Assembly: GCA_966211315.1 (NCBI GenBank)
Contig: CBIHNN010000013.1
Coordinates: 19,225 to 83,224 of the forward strand
Reading direction: 5' to 3'
DNA from: an uncultured Micromonosporaceae bacterium
GTDB lineage: Bacteria; Actinomycetota; Actinomycetes; Mycobacteriales; Micromonosporaceae
Length of the DNA: 64,000 nt
Positions 19,499 to 28,765 of the stretch are shown piece after piece. Numbering within the stretch: position 1 is the stretch's first letter; each line of letters starts with the position of its first letter. The position numbers were made by a program, and so were the translations under genes. The notes beneath the pieces are model-generated. The model was not told where the DNA came from and made no database searches. It saw only the letters and a program-made list of their open reading frames with translations.

Positions 19499-20743
19499 CT
19501 ACGGTGATCCGGTCGCCGCCCGCCGGTGCAGGGCCGAACGAGGCTCGGATGTCCGCAGCGGCGCCGCCTGTAGGGCACTCATCGTCACCCCGGCCTGATC
19601 GAGGATCTGTTCGACTCGTGCGATGTCCAGCCAGTCGATGACGTCGTCCCCGTGGATCAGGCGGAACCACGTTGCCACGTCCCGGCGGACGACCTCGACG
19701 CGCCATCGCCCGTCCGGCGTCTGCATGGCTCCCTCGACGGACTCCACCGCCGGTGGCGGCGCGGCGGCGGATATGCGGCGCGCGTCAGCGGGCGCCTTGT
19801 CCGGTCGCAGACCTCGCCAGCTGGGATGACGGAGTCGTCCGTCCGGGGTCCAGTTCCGGAAGGTCACCTCACCGACCAGAGTCGGCTCGACCCAACGGGT
19901 GCCCCGGGCATGGTCGCGTGGCACTCCGGACAGCGGCGGGTCCACGCGGGCGACGGCGTCGAGCCGGGCCTGGAGGTCACGGAGCATCGCGCCGGTGAAG
20001 CCGGTACCGACCGCGCCGGCGTAGGCGAGTGCGCCGTCGGCGCCGTGGACGGCGACCTGCAACGAGCCGAACGTTCCGGCACGGCGGCCTTCGCCGGGCT
20101 TCCAGCCGACGACGACGACCTCCTGCGTGACGTTGAGCGGGACCTTGATCCAGTCCCGGGACCGGCGACCGGGCTGGTAACTGGAGGCGCGGCGTTTTGC
20201 GACCACACCTTCCAGGCCGTACGCCTGCGCCGCGGTCATGACGTGGGCGCCGTCCACGTCGACGAAGTGCTGAGGTACGCGGACCCTGTCGCCGGCCAGC
20301 CTGAGGTGGGTGAGCAGTTCTCGGCGTCGGTGGTACGGCAGGTGCACGGTGGGCTCGCCGTCGAGGTGGAGCACGTCGAAGACGTTGTAGTACACCGGCG
20401 TCGAGGCGATCAGGACGGGACTCGGCTCGCGGACGTGCATGCGTTCCTGTAGCCGGGCGAACTCGGGCCTGCCGTGCTCGTCGAGGGCGACGACCTCGCC
20501 GTCGAGCACCATCCGCCGCGTACCGGCGAGATCCGCGAGTTCGGCCAGCTCCGGGTACGCCGTCGTGATGTCCCGGTCGTTCCGGCTGAGTATCCGCAGC
20601 GTGCCCGGGGTGGTGAAGCTGATGGCGCGGATGCCGTCCCACTTGAATTCGAAGGCCCAGTCCCCGCCGATGGGCATGGGGCCCGCTGTGGCCAGCATCG
20701 GGGACACCACGTCCGGCAACGGGGCCTCCGTCGGCGGGGTCAT
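19499..20743 (-). CDS. ATP-dependent DNA ligase (LigC-like) with an extra C-terminal module of about 70 aa
   Basis: PMLAT, adenylation motif I EFKWDGIR, then EGVVAKR and WIKVP motifs and an OB-fold region. A C-terminal extension follows (TPDGRWRVEVVRRDVATWFRLIHGDDVIDWLDIARVEQILDQAGV). Confidence 0.85.
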   Translation of the reverse strand: MTPPTEAPLPDVVSPMLATAGPMPIGGDWAFEFKWDGIRAISFTTPGTLRILSRNDRDITTAYPELAELADLAGTRRMVLDGEVVALDEHGRPEFARLQERMHVREPSPVLIASTPVYYNVFDVLHLDGEPTVHLPYHRRRELLTHLRLAGDRVRVPQHFVDVDGAHVMTAAQAYGLEGVVAKRRASSYQPGRRSRDWIKVPLNVTQEVVVVGWKPGEGRRAGTFGSLQVAVHGADGALAYAGAVGTGFTGAMLRDLQARLDAVARVDPPLSGVPRDHARGTRWVEPTLVGEVTFRNWTPDGRLRHPSWRGLRPDKAPADARRISAAAPPPAVESVEGAMQTPDGRWRVEVVRRDVATWFRLIHGDDVIDWLDIARVEQILDQAGVTMSALQAAPLRTSEPRSALHRRAATGSP

Positions 20744-20940
20744 GCGTACCTGTCCTCGTTCTCGCTGGGCGCGACGACCCGGCGGAGATCCAAGCCGTGA
20801 CGGTCGAGGCCCTTGCGGAGCGTGGTGGTGATGCACCGGGTCTGCCGGCCGTTCCTGCGGTCGACGTCGACGCGCAGGTCTCGATGAGCGAGTGCCGGCT
20901 CCACCCGTCCCAGTGAGCCCTTTTCGACGACCTTGGTCAA
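20740..20940 (-). CDS. hypothetical small protein, apparently translationally coupled to the ligase gene
   Basis: 66 codons with a TTG start and mostly G/C at position 3. Its stop overlaps the ligase ATG (ATGA at 20740-20743). I recognised no family. Confidence 0.35.
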   Translation of the reverse strand: MTKVVEKGSLGRVEPALAHRDLRVDVDRRNGRQTRCITTTLRKGLDRHGLDLRRVVAPSENEDRYA

Positions 20941-21010
20941 CCGGGCCGGCGAAAGCCGGTGCGAACTACACCGATGACGTTCGGGAGAGTCGAGGACATT
21001 CAGCGCATCA

Positions 21011-21793
21011 CTACTGGGACAGCGCCGATCTGAGCCGGGAGGAGAACTCGGGCCACAGGGGCGCAGCCGCGCCGATCGTGAGCGCGGGGGAGTAATCGGG
21101 GCCCTCGCCGCCCAGCAGCACGCCCGCTTCCTGAGCGATGAGGGCGCCCGCGGCGATGTCCCACAGCTTGGCGCCCAGCACAGCGCCGCAGTCCAACCGG
21201 CCGGCGGCCAGGTAGGCCAGATTGAGTCCCGCCGGGATGCGACGGAAATCGCCGATGCTGGGGACCAGCAGGCGCAGGAGCCCGCCCACCCGTTCCTTGG
21301 TCTCCGGTGACGGGTTGAAGCTGATCCCGACCAGCGCCTGATCGAGCGGCGGGCCCGCCGAGGCCGAGATCGGCTTCTCGTTCAGGAACGCACCGCCGCC
21401 GCCGATGGCGCTGAAGGTCTCGCGTGCCACCGGATCGTGTACGACAGCCATCCGCGCCTGTCCGCGGTCGTACAGCGCGATGCACACCGACCATGGGCCG
21501 GTGCCGCTGACGTAGTTCCGGGTCCCGTCCAGCGGATCGATCACCCAGGTCCAGCCGCTCGTGCCCCCGCGGCTGTTGCCCTCCTCGGCGCGTACCGCGT
21601 CGTCGGGCCATGCCGCGACGATCCCGTCGACGATCAGCCGTTCGCTCGCGATGTCCACGTCCGACACCAGGTCGTTGGCGTGCGCCTTCGGCGCACCGAG
21701 CCGCAGGCTGCCGCGGCGCTCGATCTGCAGCCGGCCGGCTTGGTCGGCCAGTGAGGCGGCGAGAACTCGTGCGGCGGTCAGATCTCGGTGCAT
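21011..21793 (-). CDS. inositol monophosphatase family protein (SuhB/ImpA-like)
   Basis: DLVSDVDIASE, WVIDPLDGTRNY, and WDIAAGALIAQEAG are the IMPase signature motifs. Confidence 0.85.
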   Translation of the reverse strand: MHRDLTAARVLAASLADQAGRLQIERRGSLRLGAPKAHANDLVSDVDIASERLIVDGIVAAWPDDAVRAEEGNSRGGTSGWTWVIDPLDGTRNYVSGTGPWSVCIALYDRGQARMAVVHDPVARETFSAIGGGGAFLNEKPISASAGPPLDQALVGISFNPSPETKERVGGLLRLLVPSIGDFRRIPAGLNLAYLAAGRLDCGAVLGAKLWDIAAGALIAQEAGVLLGGEGPDYSPALTIGAAAPLWPEFSSRLRSALSQ

Positions 21794-22172
21794 CGGACCT
21801 TCCAGGGCTCGGCTGTGTCGATCGGGATGTCGTGATCAGGTCTATCACCAACTCAGATCCACGTCGGCCACACCACGCGGCCGGCAACGGATCACCGCCG
21901 CCGCCCTCGACCGTCGACGTCGGCGGTGGTGATCAGGCCGTCGGCCCGGCGCGGCATGGCGAGGTCGTTGCTGCCGCGCGGCGCCCCGGGCCGTCGCGCT
22001 TGGGCGACGTGCTGGTCCAGCGGTACGCACCGGATTCCACACGACGGAAGCGGTGCTTTACCCGCCCCCGTACGGCCGCCATGATCTTCATGAACCGTTC
22101 ACAGTAGCCCAGTGCGTGCCGCGGGGGCACTGCCGAAGCGGGTCACACCCGTACAGCGCGGATAGGTCTGCC

Positions 22173-23192
22173 ATGACGCAATTGCCCGAGTCACCGCCGA
22201 TGCGCTACCAACTTCCGGACGTCAACCTGGGCCTCGACCTGATGCGGGTGACCGAGGCGGCCGCGATGGCCGCGGGTCGTTGGGCGGGACGTGGCGAGAA
22301 GGAGCGCGGCGACCAGGCAGCGGTCGACGCCATGCGCGACATGCTGGCTGTCGTTCCGATGCGTGGTGTCGTGGTCATCGGCGAGGGTGAGAAGGACGAG
22401 GCCCCGATGCTGTACAACGGGGAGGTCGTCGGCAGCGGCGCCGGTCCCGACTGCGACATCGCGGTCGACCCGGTCGACGGCACGACGCTGCTCGCCGACG
22501 GCATGCCGAACGCCATCGCGGTGATCGCCGTATCCGACCGGGGCACGATGTACGACCCGAGCGCCGTGTTCTACATGGACAAGTTGGTCACCGGATGCGA
22601 TGCGAAGGACGTGGTGGACATCGCCGCCCCGGTCGCCGACAACGTGCGTGCCGTCGCCCGGGCCAAGGGCGTACAACCGCGCGACGTCACCGTGTGCGTC
22701 CTCAAACGCCCGCGTCATGAGGGCCTCGTCCGTCAGATCCGTGCCAGCGGAGCGCGCATCAAGTTCCTCTCGGACGGCGACGTCGCCGCGGGTGTGATGG
22801 CGGCCCTCGACGGCACCGGGGTGGATCTCCTGCTCGGGATCGGCGGCACCCCGGAGGGGATCATCACCGCATGCGCCATGAAGGCGATGAACGGCACCAT
22901 CCAGGCGCGGCTGTGGCCCCGCGACGACGCCGAGCGGCGCAAGGCCATCGACGCCGGTCATGTCCTCGACCGCGTCCTGCACACCGACGACCTTGTCGCG
23001 GGCGACAACACCCTCTTCATCGCCACCGGCATAACCGACGGCGAGCTCCTGCAGGGGGTCCGCTACTTCGGTTCCGGTGCTCGTACTCGATCGATCGTGA
23101 TGCGCTCCAGGAGCGGCACGATTCGTACCGTGGACAGCCGGCACTCATGGGACAAGCTCCGGGAGGACCAGGCCGCGCCGAGCCAGAGATGA
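22173..23192 (+). CDS. glpX: class II fructose-1,6-bisphosphatase
   Basis: [58 protein letters not shown], and [16 protein letters not shown] match the GlpX family along the whole length. Confidence 0.9.
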   Translation: MTQLPESPPMRYQLPDVNLGLDLMRVTEAAAMAAGRWAGRGEKERGDQAAVDAMRDMLAVVPMRGVVVIGEGEKDEAPMLYNGEVVGSGAGPDCDIAVDPVDGTTLLADGMPNAIAVIAVSDRGTMYDPSAVFYMDKLVTGCDAKDVVDIAAPVADNVRAVARAKGVQPRDVTVCVLKRPRHEGLVRQIRASGARIKFLSDGDVAAGVMAALDGTGVDLLLGIGGTPEGIITACAMKAMNGTIQARLWPRDDAERRKAIDAGHVLDRVLHTDDLVAGDNTLFIATGITDGELLQGVRYFGSGARTRSIVMRSRSGTIRTVDSRHSWDKLREDQAAPSQR

Positions 23193-23424
23193 CCCCAGCC
23201 GCGAGACGGTGGGCGCGGGCGAACCTGCCGCACGCCGATGGCCGCTCAGTCACAGGCGGCCGACCAGGACGACCATCGCCGTACCTCGATCACGATGACC
23301 GGGCCGGGTGGCGGGGTGATCCGGTACTGGGGGTAGCGCCCCACCCGCCGCTCACGGGCGAGCATGACAGCAGCAGCGGCAACGTCGACGATGTCCTGCG
23401 ATCCCGGAGCGGGTGATGCGGCCC

Positions 23425-23844
23425 TTATCGCAGGTGGAACAGCGGCCCGGTGATCATCAGGCCGAGCCGGTCACCGGCGTTGGCGAACAGCGCGAACGCC
23501 AGCAGCGCCGCGCCGGCCAGCGCCACGTCCTTGTTGAAGTGGATCATGTCCAGCTGCCGGGCCTGCGGGTCCGGTAGCGTCCAGAAGTTGTGCATCAGCA
23601 ACGCGGTGGGCACCAGGAACACCAGCAGCAGGAGCGCGCCGAGGTCGGGCCACACGCCGAGAAGGACCATCAGGCCACCGGCGGCCAGGAGTACCCCGCT
23701 GGCGAAGACGGTCGCCTCGGGAAGCGGGACCTTCTTGGAGGCGGCGTACCCGGCCATCGCCTTGGTTTGGGTGAGGTGGCCGATCGCCGAGCCGAGGAAC
23801 AGCGCAGCGAACAGGATCCGGCCGATCAACACGATGATGTCCAC
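23425..23844 (-). CDS. DoxX family membrane protein
   Basis: 139 aa with four TM segments. N-terminus IGRILFAALFLGSAIGHL is typical of DoxX. Confidence 0.8.
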   Translation of the reverse strand: MDIIVLIGRILFAALFLGSAIGHLTQTKAMAGYAASKKVPLPEATVFASGVLLAAGGLMVLLGVWPDLGALLLLVFLVPTALLMHNFWTLPDPQARQLDMIHFNKDVALAGAALLAFALFANAGDRLGLMITGPLFHLR

Positions 23845-23907
23845 CTGGTCTCCTTCACACGTCGGATCAGGCCCGTATTCCCCATGCCGGATGTGATTAC
23901 GCCGCCG

Positions 23908-24159
23908 CTACCGCGTCGCCAGCTCCTGCTCCCAGAGAATCTCGGCGAGTCGGGTGATTCCGGCCGTGAGGTGACGGCGGAAGGTGCTCAGTGGCAGGCC
24001 GAGCAGTTCGGCGGCGCCCCGGTCAGTTGCAGGTTCTCTGCGCCCGGGTCGCCCGGTCGTACCCCGCTGAGAAACGGTGTCAGGAGGCGGTTGTCCCGGT
24101 GCAGGTGGAGCAGATCCAAGCAGGATCCCGCGTTGGCTGACCGGGTCGGCAGTGGCGAA
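23908..24159 (-). pseudogene. possible 3' remnant of a sigma-70/ECF-type HTH gene (no start codon)
   Basis: The minus-strand frame reads ...GAAELLGLPLSTFRRHLTAGITRLAEILWEQELATR-stop, resembling sigma region 4.2 or another HTH. Upstream it is Pro/Gly-rich, is closed by a stop at about 24160-24162, and has no ATG/GTG. Confidence 0.3.
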
Positions 24160-24217
24160 CTACTGCCGGTAGTAGTCACCGGCGACCCGGTGCAGCCGCC
24201 CGTGGCGGTCCGGGTTC

Positions 24218-24274
24218 ACGGTGGGCGTCAGAACTCGTGCGTGAACGGTGGGCGTCAGAACTCCTCGTGCGTGA
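24218..24274. repeat. tandem duplication of the 3' end (last codons plus stop) of the aldo/keto reductase gene
   Basis: ACGGTGGGCGTCAGAACTCGTGCGTGA (24218-24244) is directly followed by ACGGTGGGCGTCAGAACTCCTCGTGCGTGA (24245-24274). The copies differ by one 3-nt indel. Confidence 0.85.
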
Positions 24275-25085
24275 CCGGGTCGCCGCCGAACCGGCCGCGG
24301 GCGAGGCGGGAGATCGTGGTCATCTCGTCGTCGGTCAGCGTGAAGTCGAAGATCTCCAGGTTGGCGGCCTGCCGGTCGGGCGAGGACGACTTCGGGATCG
24401 GCGCCGCGCCGAGTTGAACGTGCCAGCGCAGCACCACCTGGGCGGGGGACCGGCTCAGGCGTGCGGCGGCCGCGGTGACCGGCTCGGCGTCGAGGATGCC
24501 GCGCCCGCGACCGAGCGGGCTCCAGCTCTGGGTCAGCACTCCGCGCGCCGTGTCGGCCGCCCGCATCTCCGGCTGTGGAAAGACCGGGTGCAGCTCGATC
24601 TGGTTCACGACCGGGGCCACGCCGGTTTCGGCGGTCAGCCGGTCCAGGTGCTCGGCGGTGAAGTTGCTGACGCCGATCGAGCGTACGAGACCGTCCGCCC
24701 GAAGTTTGATCATGGCGCGCCAGGTGTCGACGTACCTGTCGAGGCGGGGGAGCGGCCAGTGGATCAGCAGCAGGTCGACGTAGTCGAGGCCGAGGCGTTC
24801 GCGGGAACCCTCGAAACCCGTCAGCGCCGACTCGTATCCCTGATCGTTTCCGCGGATCTTGGTGGTGACGAACACCTCGTCGCGGTCCAGGCCGCTGGTG
24901 GCGACGCCGCGGCCGACGCCGGTCTCGTTGCCGTACTTGGCGGCGGTGTCGACGAGCCGGTAGCCGAGACGCAGTGCGTTACGCACCGCGGTATCGGCCG
25001 CCGCGTCGTCCATCGGCCAGGTGCCGAGGCCGACGATCGGAATCGCGTTCCCGTCGGCGAGTGTCGTGGTCGCAGCGATGGCCAT
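24255..25085 (-). CDS. aldo/keto reductase (AKR, 2,5-diketo-D-gluconate reductase-like)
   Basis: MAIAATTTLADGNAIPIVGLGTW, YRLVDTAAKYGNE, LDYVDLLLIHWP, and NQIELHP match the AKR catalytic tetrad contexts. Confidence 0.9.
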   Translation of the reverse strand: MAIAATTTLADGNAIPIVGLGTWPMDDAAADTAVRNALRLGYRLVDTAAKYGNETGVGRGVATSGLDRDEVFVTTKIRGNDQGYESALTGFEGSRERLGLDYVDLLLIHWPLPRLDRYVDTWRAMIKLRADGLVRSIGVSNFTAEHLDRLTAETGVAPVVNQIELHPVFPQPEMRAADTARGVLTQSWSPLGRGRGILDAEPVTAAAARLSRSPAQVVLRWHVQLGAAPIPKSSSPDRQAANLEIFDFTLTDDEMTTISRLARGRFGGDPVTHEEF

Positions 25086-25155
25086 ACGGGCATCCTCGCG
25101 TACCTCGATGGCCCGGCGCCAGGAGAGCGGGTGTCGCTGCCTGCTCGTACTCCGG

Positions 25156-26784
25156 TCAGGCCGGCGAGCCACCAGGGCGGGCCGACCGCCCCGGTTCGTC
25201 TGCGTCGGTTCCGGGCGCGTCAGCAGGGTCCACCTCCGGGCCAGGCGCCTCCGGACGGGGGCCCGGGGCAGGGGCCTCGGCGTTCGCGGCGGCGGCGATC
25301 ACCGCGGCCTCGGCCGTGGCCGCCGTGGCCGCCATCTGCGCCGCGGCGTGGGAGACGGCTGCCGCCTCGGCGGCCGCGGCCGCTTCGGCGGCCACCTCCT
25401 CTGCCTGGGCCGCCGTGGCGGGATCGGGCGTACGCCGGCGCAGAGCGCGTAGGTCGTCGGCGGCCGTGTGCGCCCCAGCCTCCGCCGCCGCAGCGGCGTT
25501 CGCGGCGGCCTCGGCGGCCACGTCGATCACCTTGCGGACGGCCTGCCGCGGTCGTTCGGTGATGAAGGGCAGCGCGTCCTCGGCAGCGGCGTCGAGGACG
25601 CGCCGCACCGCCTGCCGGGGCCCTTCGGCGATGGGCGGCGGGCGCCAGGGCTCAGACGCCGGACGCACCGCGGCGTCCACCTCCACTCGCAGGCGGTCGA
25701 CGGCGGCCAGCAGCGCACCGTGCTGCTGCCAGGCCGCCGCGTCGGCGTGCGGGTCGACCACCAGAAGCCGGCCCAGCCGGTCGCGTCGGCGGTGGAGGTC
25801 GGCCAGGTGCTCCTGCACCCTGGCACGGGCCGTCCCGACCGGTCCGGCACCCGCCGCGACCTCGGCCACGCCGCTCATCGCCTCGGCGGCGCAGGCGAGC
25901 ACGTCGGCGAGGGCGGCCCGAGCATCCGGGCCGTACGCCTCGGTCTCCTGGTCCTGCGGCAGGTACAACGTGCGGTCGTAGATCTCCCGGCACAGCGTCC
26001 GCAGCACGATGTAGCAGTGCTCCATGCCGGTCAGCGCGGCACGCAACCTCGGCTGGGCGTCACGGACCTCGTCGCCACGCGGGTTGAGCAGGACGCTCTG
26101 TTCGGCGCGGGCGAGGGACAGGTCCGCACGGGAAACGTGCGGCTCCAACGCCCTCGCCTCGTTGAGCCAGCGGTCCGCCGCCACCCGCGACCAGCCCGTA
26201 CGCAGCTCCTCGGCCAGCCCTCGCAGGAACTCCGCCAGCCGGTCGGCCAGCTGCCCGATGTCGGCACCGGCCGGCAGCACGTTCACCGGCGGGGCGACGG
26301 CGAAGTTGACCGCGACACCGATCGCGGCGCCGACGAGGGTCTCGTACACCCGGCCGGCGGCCACGTCCTGGCTGCCCGCGCCGCCGACGGCGAGCACGAG
26401 CATCGCGCTGATGGCGACCTCGACCGTGTGCGGCCCCAGGCGCAGGACCTGCCCGACCGCGAGCGACACGGCGATGACGGCACCGAGGCTCCACCAGGAC
26501 AGCCCGACGAAGGTGGCGATGCCCACCGCGACCAGCACACCGGCCAGCACGCTGAAGATCCGCTGAAGACCCCGGGCGACCGTCTCGTACACGGTCAGCT
26601 GGACCACCAGCAGCGCGGTCAGCGGTGCCAGGATCGGCGCTGCACTGGTGTTGAGCAGGTCGGCAGCAACGTAGGACAGCACCGCGGCGAGCGTGGCCTT
26701 GGCGGTGCGCAGGCCCGGGACCCGCCCCCACCGTGTCAGTACGGCGCTGCGCGGATGGCGCACATAGGCGGGTATCCGCATCAC
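25156..26784 (-). CDS. FUSC/aromatic-acid-exporter-like membrane protein with a long Ala-rich C-terminal tail
   Basis: The N-terminal roughly 170 aa have 4-5 TM segments (LRTAKATLAAVLSYVAADLL...) followed by a coiled cytoplasmic domain, as in FUSC/ArAE proteins. The last roughly 190 aa are low-complexity Ala/Glu/Pro. Confidence 0.7.
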   Translation of the reverse strand: MMRIPAYVRHPRSAVLTRWGRVPGLRTAKATLAAVLSYVAADLLNTSAAPILAPLTALLVVQLTVYETVARGLQRIFSVLAGVLVAVGIATFVGLSWWSLGAVIAVSLAVGQVLRLGPHTVEVAISAMLVLAVGGAGSQDVAAGRVYETLVGAAIGVAVNFAVAPPVNVLPAGADIGQLADRLAEFLRGLAEELRTGWSRVAADRWLNEARALEPHVSRADLSLARAEQSVLLNPRGDEVRDAQPRLRAALTGMEHCYIVLRTLCREIYDRTLYLPQDQETEAYGPDARAALADVLACAAEAMSGVAEVAAGAGPVGTARARVQEHLADLHRRRDRLGRLLVVDPHADAAAWQQHGALLAAVDRLRVEVDAAVRPASEPWRPPPIAEGPRQAVRRVLDAAAEDALPFITERPRQAVRKVIDVAAEAAANAAAAAEAGAHTAADDLRALRRRTPDPATAAQAEEVAAEAAAAAEAAAVSHAAAQMAATAATAEAAVIAAAANAEAPAPGPRPEAPGPEVDPADAPGTDADEPGRSARPGGSPA

Positions 26785-26864
26785 CTCTCCTCAGACGGCG
26801 AGCAATGCAGCGGTACACCGCCATTGTCCGGTCCGGGGAGTGCTCCCGCAGCGCCGGATCCGCG

Positions 26865-26920
26865 CCGCACTGTCGGCATCGTCCTTTCGGCACCGCACTG
26901 TCGGCACCGCACTGTCGGCA
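26865..26920. repeat. three copies of the 14-bp direct repeat CCGCACTGTCGGCA
   Basis: Copies lie at 26865-26878, 26893-26906 and 26907-26920; the last two are in tandem. They sit in the divergent intergenic region between the FUSC-like gene (start 26784) and the pseudoprotease gene (start 27181). Confidence 0.85.
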
Positions 26921-27180
26921 CGCGAACGGTGCGGGCGTCCGCGCCGGCACGGTGACCGCGCCTGAAGGGGTGGAGTGTGGCTTCCGCCCGAACGCGACGG
27001 GCTCGCCTCCTGGTGGTGGTGACGGATGGTTCACACCATCTGTCGCTGCCCGGGGGTCACGAGTAGCGTGATTTTTGCGCAGAGTTACCAAGATCCCGGT
27101 CAGGTGCGGGGGACGGGACGTCGCGATCAACCAGGTGCCGGCCCTAACGGTGACGCCGGCCGATCCGGAGGGGGACCCGG

Positions 27181-28698
27181 ATGCGTTCACTGCGTTCGGC
27201 CGTCATATCGACCACGTTGGTCGTCGTCCCGGTCGCGGTCCTCGCCGCCGTCGCCGGCCCGGCAGCTGCCCATACACACCCCACGAACGTGGAGCTCATC
27301 GCGCCGGCCGTGGTGCAGGTGGAGACCTACGTCGAGGTGAACATCTCGCTCATCGAACACAACCGTAAGGGCGCGCACATCGGGCTGCTCCAGCAGCGGT
27401 ACTCACCGAAGCTGGCGTCCGGCAGTGGTTTCGCCGTCGACCCCGCCGGGGGTGTGGTCACGAGCCGGGAGGTCATCGACGTCGATCTTCGACGGGCGGA
27501 GATCTACGCGGTCAACCAGATATTCCATGAGCGCTACGGCGATGTCGCCCCGCTGCCCGCCGACCCGTTCGCGATGCAGTCGATCAACGGTGGTGACCCG
27601 GCCGACCAGATTCCCGGGCGCCTGCAGCAGTGCTACCGGCCCAACGCGACAGACATGACGGGCGGCTGCGTGGTCTTCAGCCGGCGGGTGATCAAGGTCC
27701 TGCCCTTCGTCACGTCCCAGCAGCAGTTCGGCAATCTACCGGCGACCGTGGTCACACCGGACGAGGGCCAGCCGGGTGACGTGGTGGTACTCAAGGTGGG
27801 AGCGAGCAGCATGCCGACGGCACGCCTCGCTACCGGGGTTCAGAGTGCCCCCTTCACGGTGCTGGGCTTCAGCACCACGCCGTCGAACGAGCAGTCGCTG
27901 CGCAAACTGGAGGGCCACTTCATCAAGGACGGGTCCACCGAGCTCAAGCGCGACCCCGAGTACAACGGTCTCGTCACCGGGATGGGGACCGGCCTCGCCG
28001 GTGGTCCGGTCGTGGGGGAGCGGGGCGACGTTGTCGGGTTCCTGATCCGGCGACCCGGCGCCGCGCCCACCGACCTGACCCTGGTGGAACCGGCGGCGAT
28101 CCGGGCGGCCCTTGACACCGCCAAGATCACTGCGCATTCCGGGCCGACCGACGGCGCGTACGAGAGCGCCCTGCACAACTACAAGAACCAGCTCTACGCC
28201 GCCGCGATCCCCAGCCTGTCGCAGACTCTGAAGCTCTACCCGGGGCACGCACTGGCGACCGAGGCGCTGGCACAGGCGAATCGCAAGCGGGGCACGGCCG
28301 ACGACCTGACCGGCCGGCCGGCGCAGGCCACACCCGGCCAAGGCGTCGACAAGCCCGACTTCCGGCGTACGGTGCTGCCGCTCGTGGTCGCCGGAGCCGC
28401 CCTGATCCTTCTGGCAGTGGCGATCGTGCTGCTGCTGCGCCGGCGGCGGTCCACCACGGCGGCGCCTGCGGACCCGGCGGGCGGCCCCCCGCCGGTCGTG
28501 GTGCCCGCGCCGCGACAGCCGTCGTCCGCCAGCCCGGGCCTCGGCGCGATGCGGCGGCAGGCGACGGTGCTGCGTCCGCGGACGGTGGGCGCTGGGCCGT
28601 CCAGCCCGCCGCCGCCCGCCACCGAGTGCCCGGTGTGCGGCGCCCCCGTCGTAGCGGCGCAGACGTTCTGCGGCGAGTGCGGGCATCGGCTGGGATAG
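27181..28698 (+). CDS. membrane-anchored trypsin-fold (S1C-like) pseudoprotease with TPR-like segment, TM helix, Pro-rich tail and C-terminal double zinc ribbon
   Basis: Signal peptide VVVPVAVLAAVAGPAAA. GSGFAVDPAGGVVTSREVI carries Arg where the catalytic His is expected. DVVVLKV has the Asp. GTGLAGGPVV carries Ala where the Ser is expected. TM VLPLVVAGAALILLAVAIVLLLRRRR, then CPVCGAPVVAAQTFCGECGHRL. Confidence 0.75.
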   Translation: MRSLRSAVISTTLVVVPVAVLAAVAGPAAAHTHPTNVELIAPAVVQVETYVEVNISLIEHNRKGAHIGLLQQRYSPKLASGSGFAVDPAGGVVTSREVIDVDLRRAEIYAVNQIFHERYGDVAPLPADPFAMQSINGGDPADQIPGRLQQCYRPNATDMTGGCVVFSRRVIKVLPFVTSQQQFGNLPATVVTPDEGQPGDVVVLKVGASSMPTARLATGVQSAPFTVLGFSTTPSNEQSLRKLEGHFIKDGSTELKRDPEYNGLVTGMGTGLAGGPVVGERGDVVGFLIRRPGAAPTDLTLVEPAAIRAALDTAKITAHSGPTDGAYESALHNYKNQLYAAAIPSLSQTLKLYPGHALATEALAQANRKRGTADDLTGRPAQATPGQGVDKPDFRRTVLPLVVAGAALILLAVAIVLLLRRRRSTTAAPADPAGGPPPVVVPAPRQPSSASPGLGAMRRQATVLRPRTVGAGPSSPPPPATECPVCGAPVVAAQTFCGECGHRLG

Positions 28699-28765
28699 GC
28701 GGCGACAGGCAGATGGGCAGGCAGGACAAGCGGGGCATGCCCCATCCGGACGTGCGGAGGCGTCG

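Noticed and set aside
23246-23365. 39-codon minus-strand ORF (MLARERRVGRYPQYRITPPPGPVIVIEVRRW...) faintly reminiscent of a RelE/ParE toxin C-terminus
   Set aside because: It is too short, has no partner antitoxin ORF, and the resemblance rests on a YRI...V.V pattern only.
26865-26920. Possible CRISPR-like repeats
   Set aside because: There are only three 14-bp copies, two of them abutting with no spacer. No cas genes are present. The copies are far too short and too few for a CRISPR array, so I kept them as a plain direct repeat.
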